Below are positions 58,300-58,519 of a stretch of DNA of 58,519 bases, piece by piece (position 1 is the stretch's first letter; each line of letters opens with the position of its first letter). Source of the stretch: an uncultured Rhodopirellula sp. (GTDB lineage Bacteria > Planctomycetota > Planctomycetia > Pirellulales > Pirellulaceae); assembly GCA_964007735.1 (NCBI GenBank), contig CAXGAI010000027.1, positions 1 to 58,519 of the forward strand. The letters run 5' to 3'. Both the position numbers and the translations under genes were made by a program. The notes under the pieces are model-generated. The model was not told where the DNA came from, ran no database searches, and saw only the letters and a list, made by a program, of their open reading frames with translations.

Positions 58300-58519
58300 A
58301 TGCCTGACGGGTCGGGCGTCGCAAAGGACGTCGCAAAGAAAGCCGCTTCGCTGAAGAAGCGCCGTTTTAACAAGAATAAGCTGCCCAGCCGACATACGAC
58401 AGTGGGCCCCGAACGGGCGCCGCATCGTAGCTATCTCTACGCCATGGGGCTGACCGAAAAAGAGATCAATCAGCCGCTGGTGGGCATTGCGACCTGCTGG
58501 AACGAAGCGGCACCGTGCA
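58300..58519 (+). CDS. ilvD: Dihydroxy-acid dehydratase, 5' part (runs off the window)
   Basis: RBS CAGGAG; manual translation ...LPSRHTTVGPERAPHRSYLYAMGLTEKEINQPLVGIATCWNEAAPC. Confidence 0.92.
   Translation, partial: MPDGSGVAKDVAKKAASLKKRRFNKNKLPSRHTTVGPERAPHRSYLYAMGLTEKEINQPLVGIATCWNEAAPC

Overview
Gene-dense chromosomal window. The gene content (two DUF1501 proteins, PVC-type multiheme/propeller protein, prenyltransferase-like barrel, small lipoproteins) points to a Planctomycetota, probably Pirellulales-like, genome. Housekeeping genes: recJ, rpmG (missed by the ORF track), gyrA, gmd, lnt, moeA, trpG/pabA, nadA, frameshifted prfB, mnmA, miaB. Best candidate for an undescribed system: a co-oriented minus-strand cluster at about 47.9-56.2 kb. 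It encodes an EhpF/GriC-like adenylating enzyme, an ALDH-fold protein lacking the general-base Glu (probable acyl reductase), an Fe-alcohol dehydrogenase, a secreted beta-propeller, and a HemN-like radical SAM enzyme translationally coupled to an orphan GcvH-like lysine carrier, plus a beta-helix protein. A 2x[4Fe-4S] protein and an alpha/beta hydrolase flank it. Other observations: a shared ECF-type promoter before two lipoprotein genes, an unannotated 43-aa membrane ORF, a non-canonical GyrA QRDR, and a mosaic last 700 bp (fabF fragment, TAXI fragment, alphaproteobacterial-type ilvD) that looks like an assembly chimera. No rRNA, tRNA, CRISPR or IS element was recognised. All family calls come from motif recognition by eye, not from database searches.
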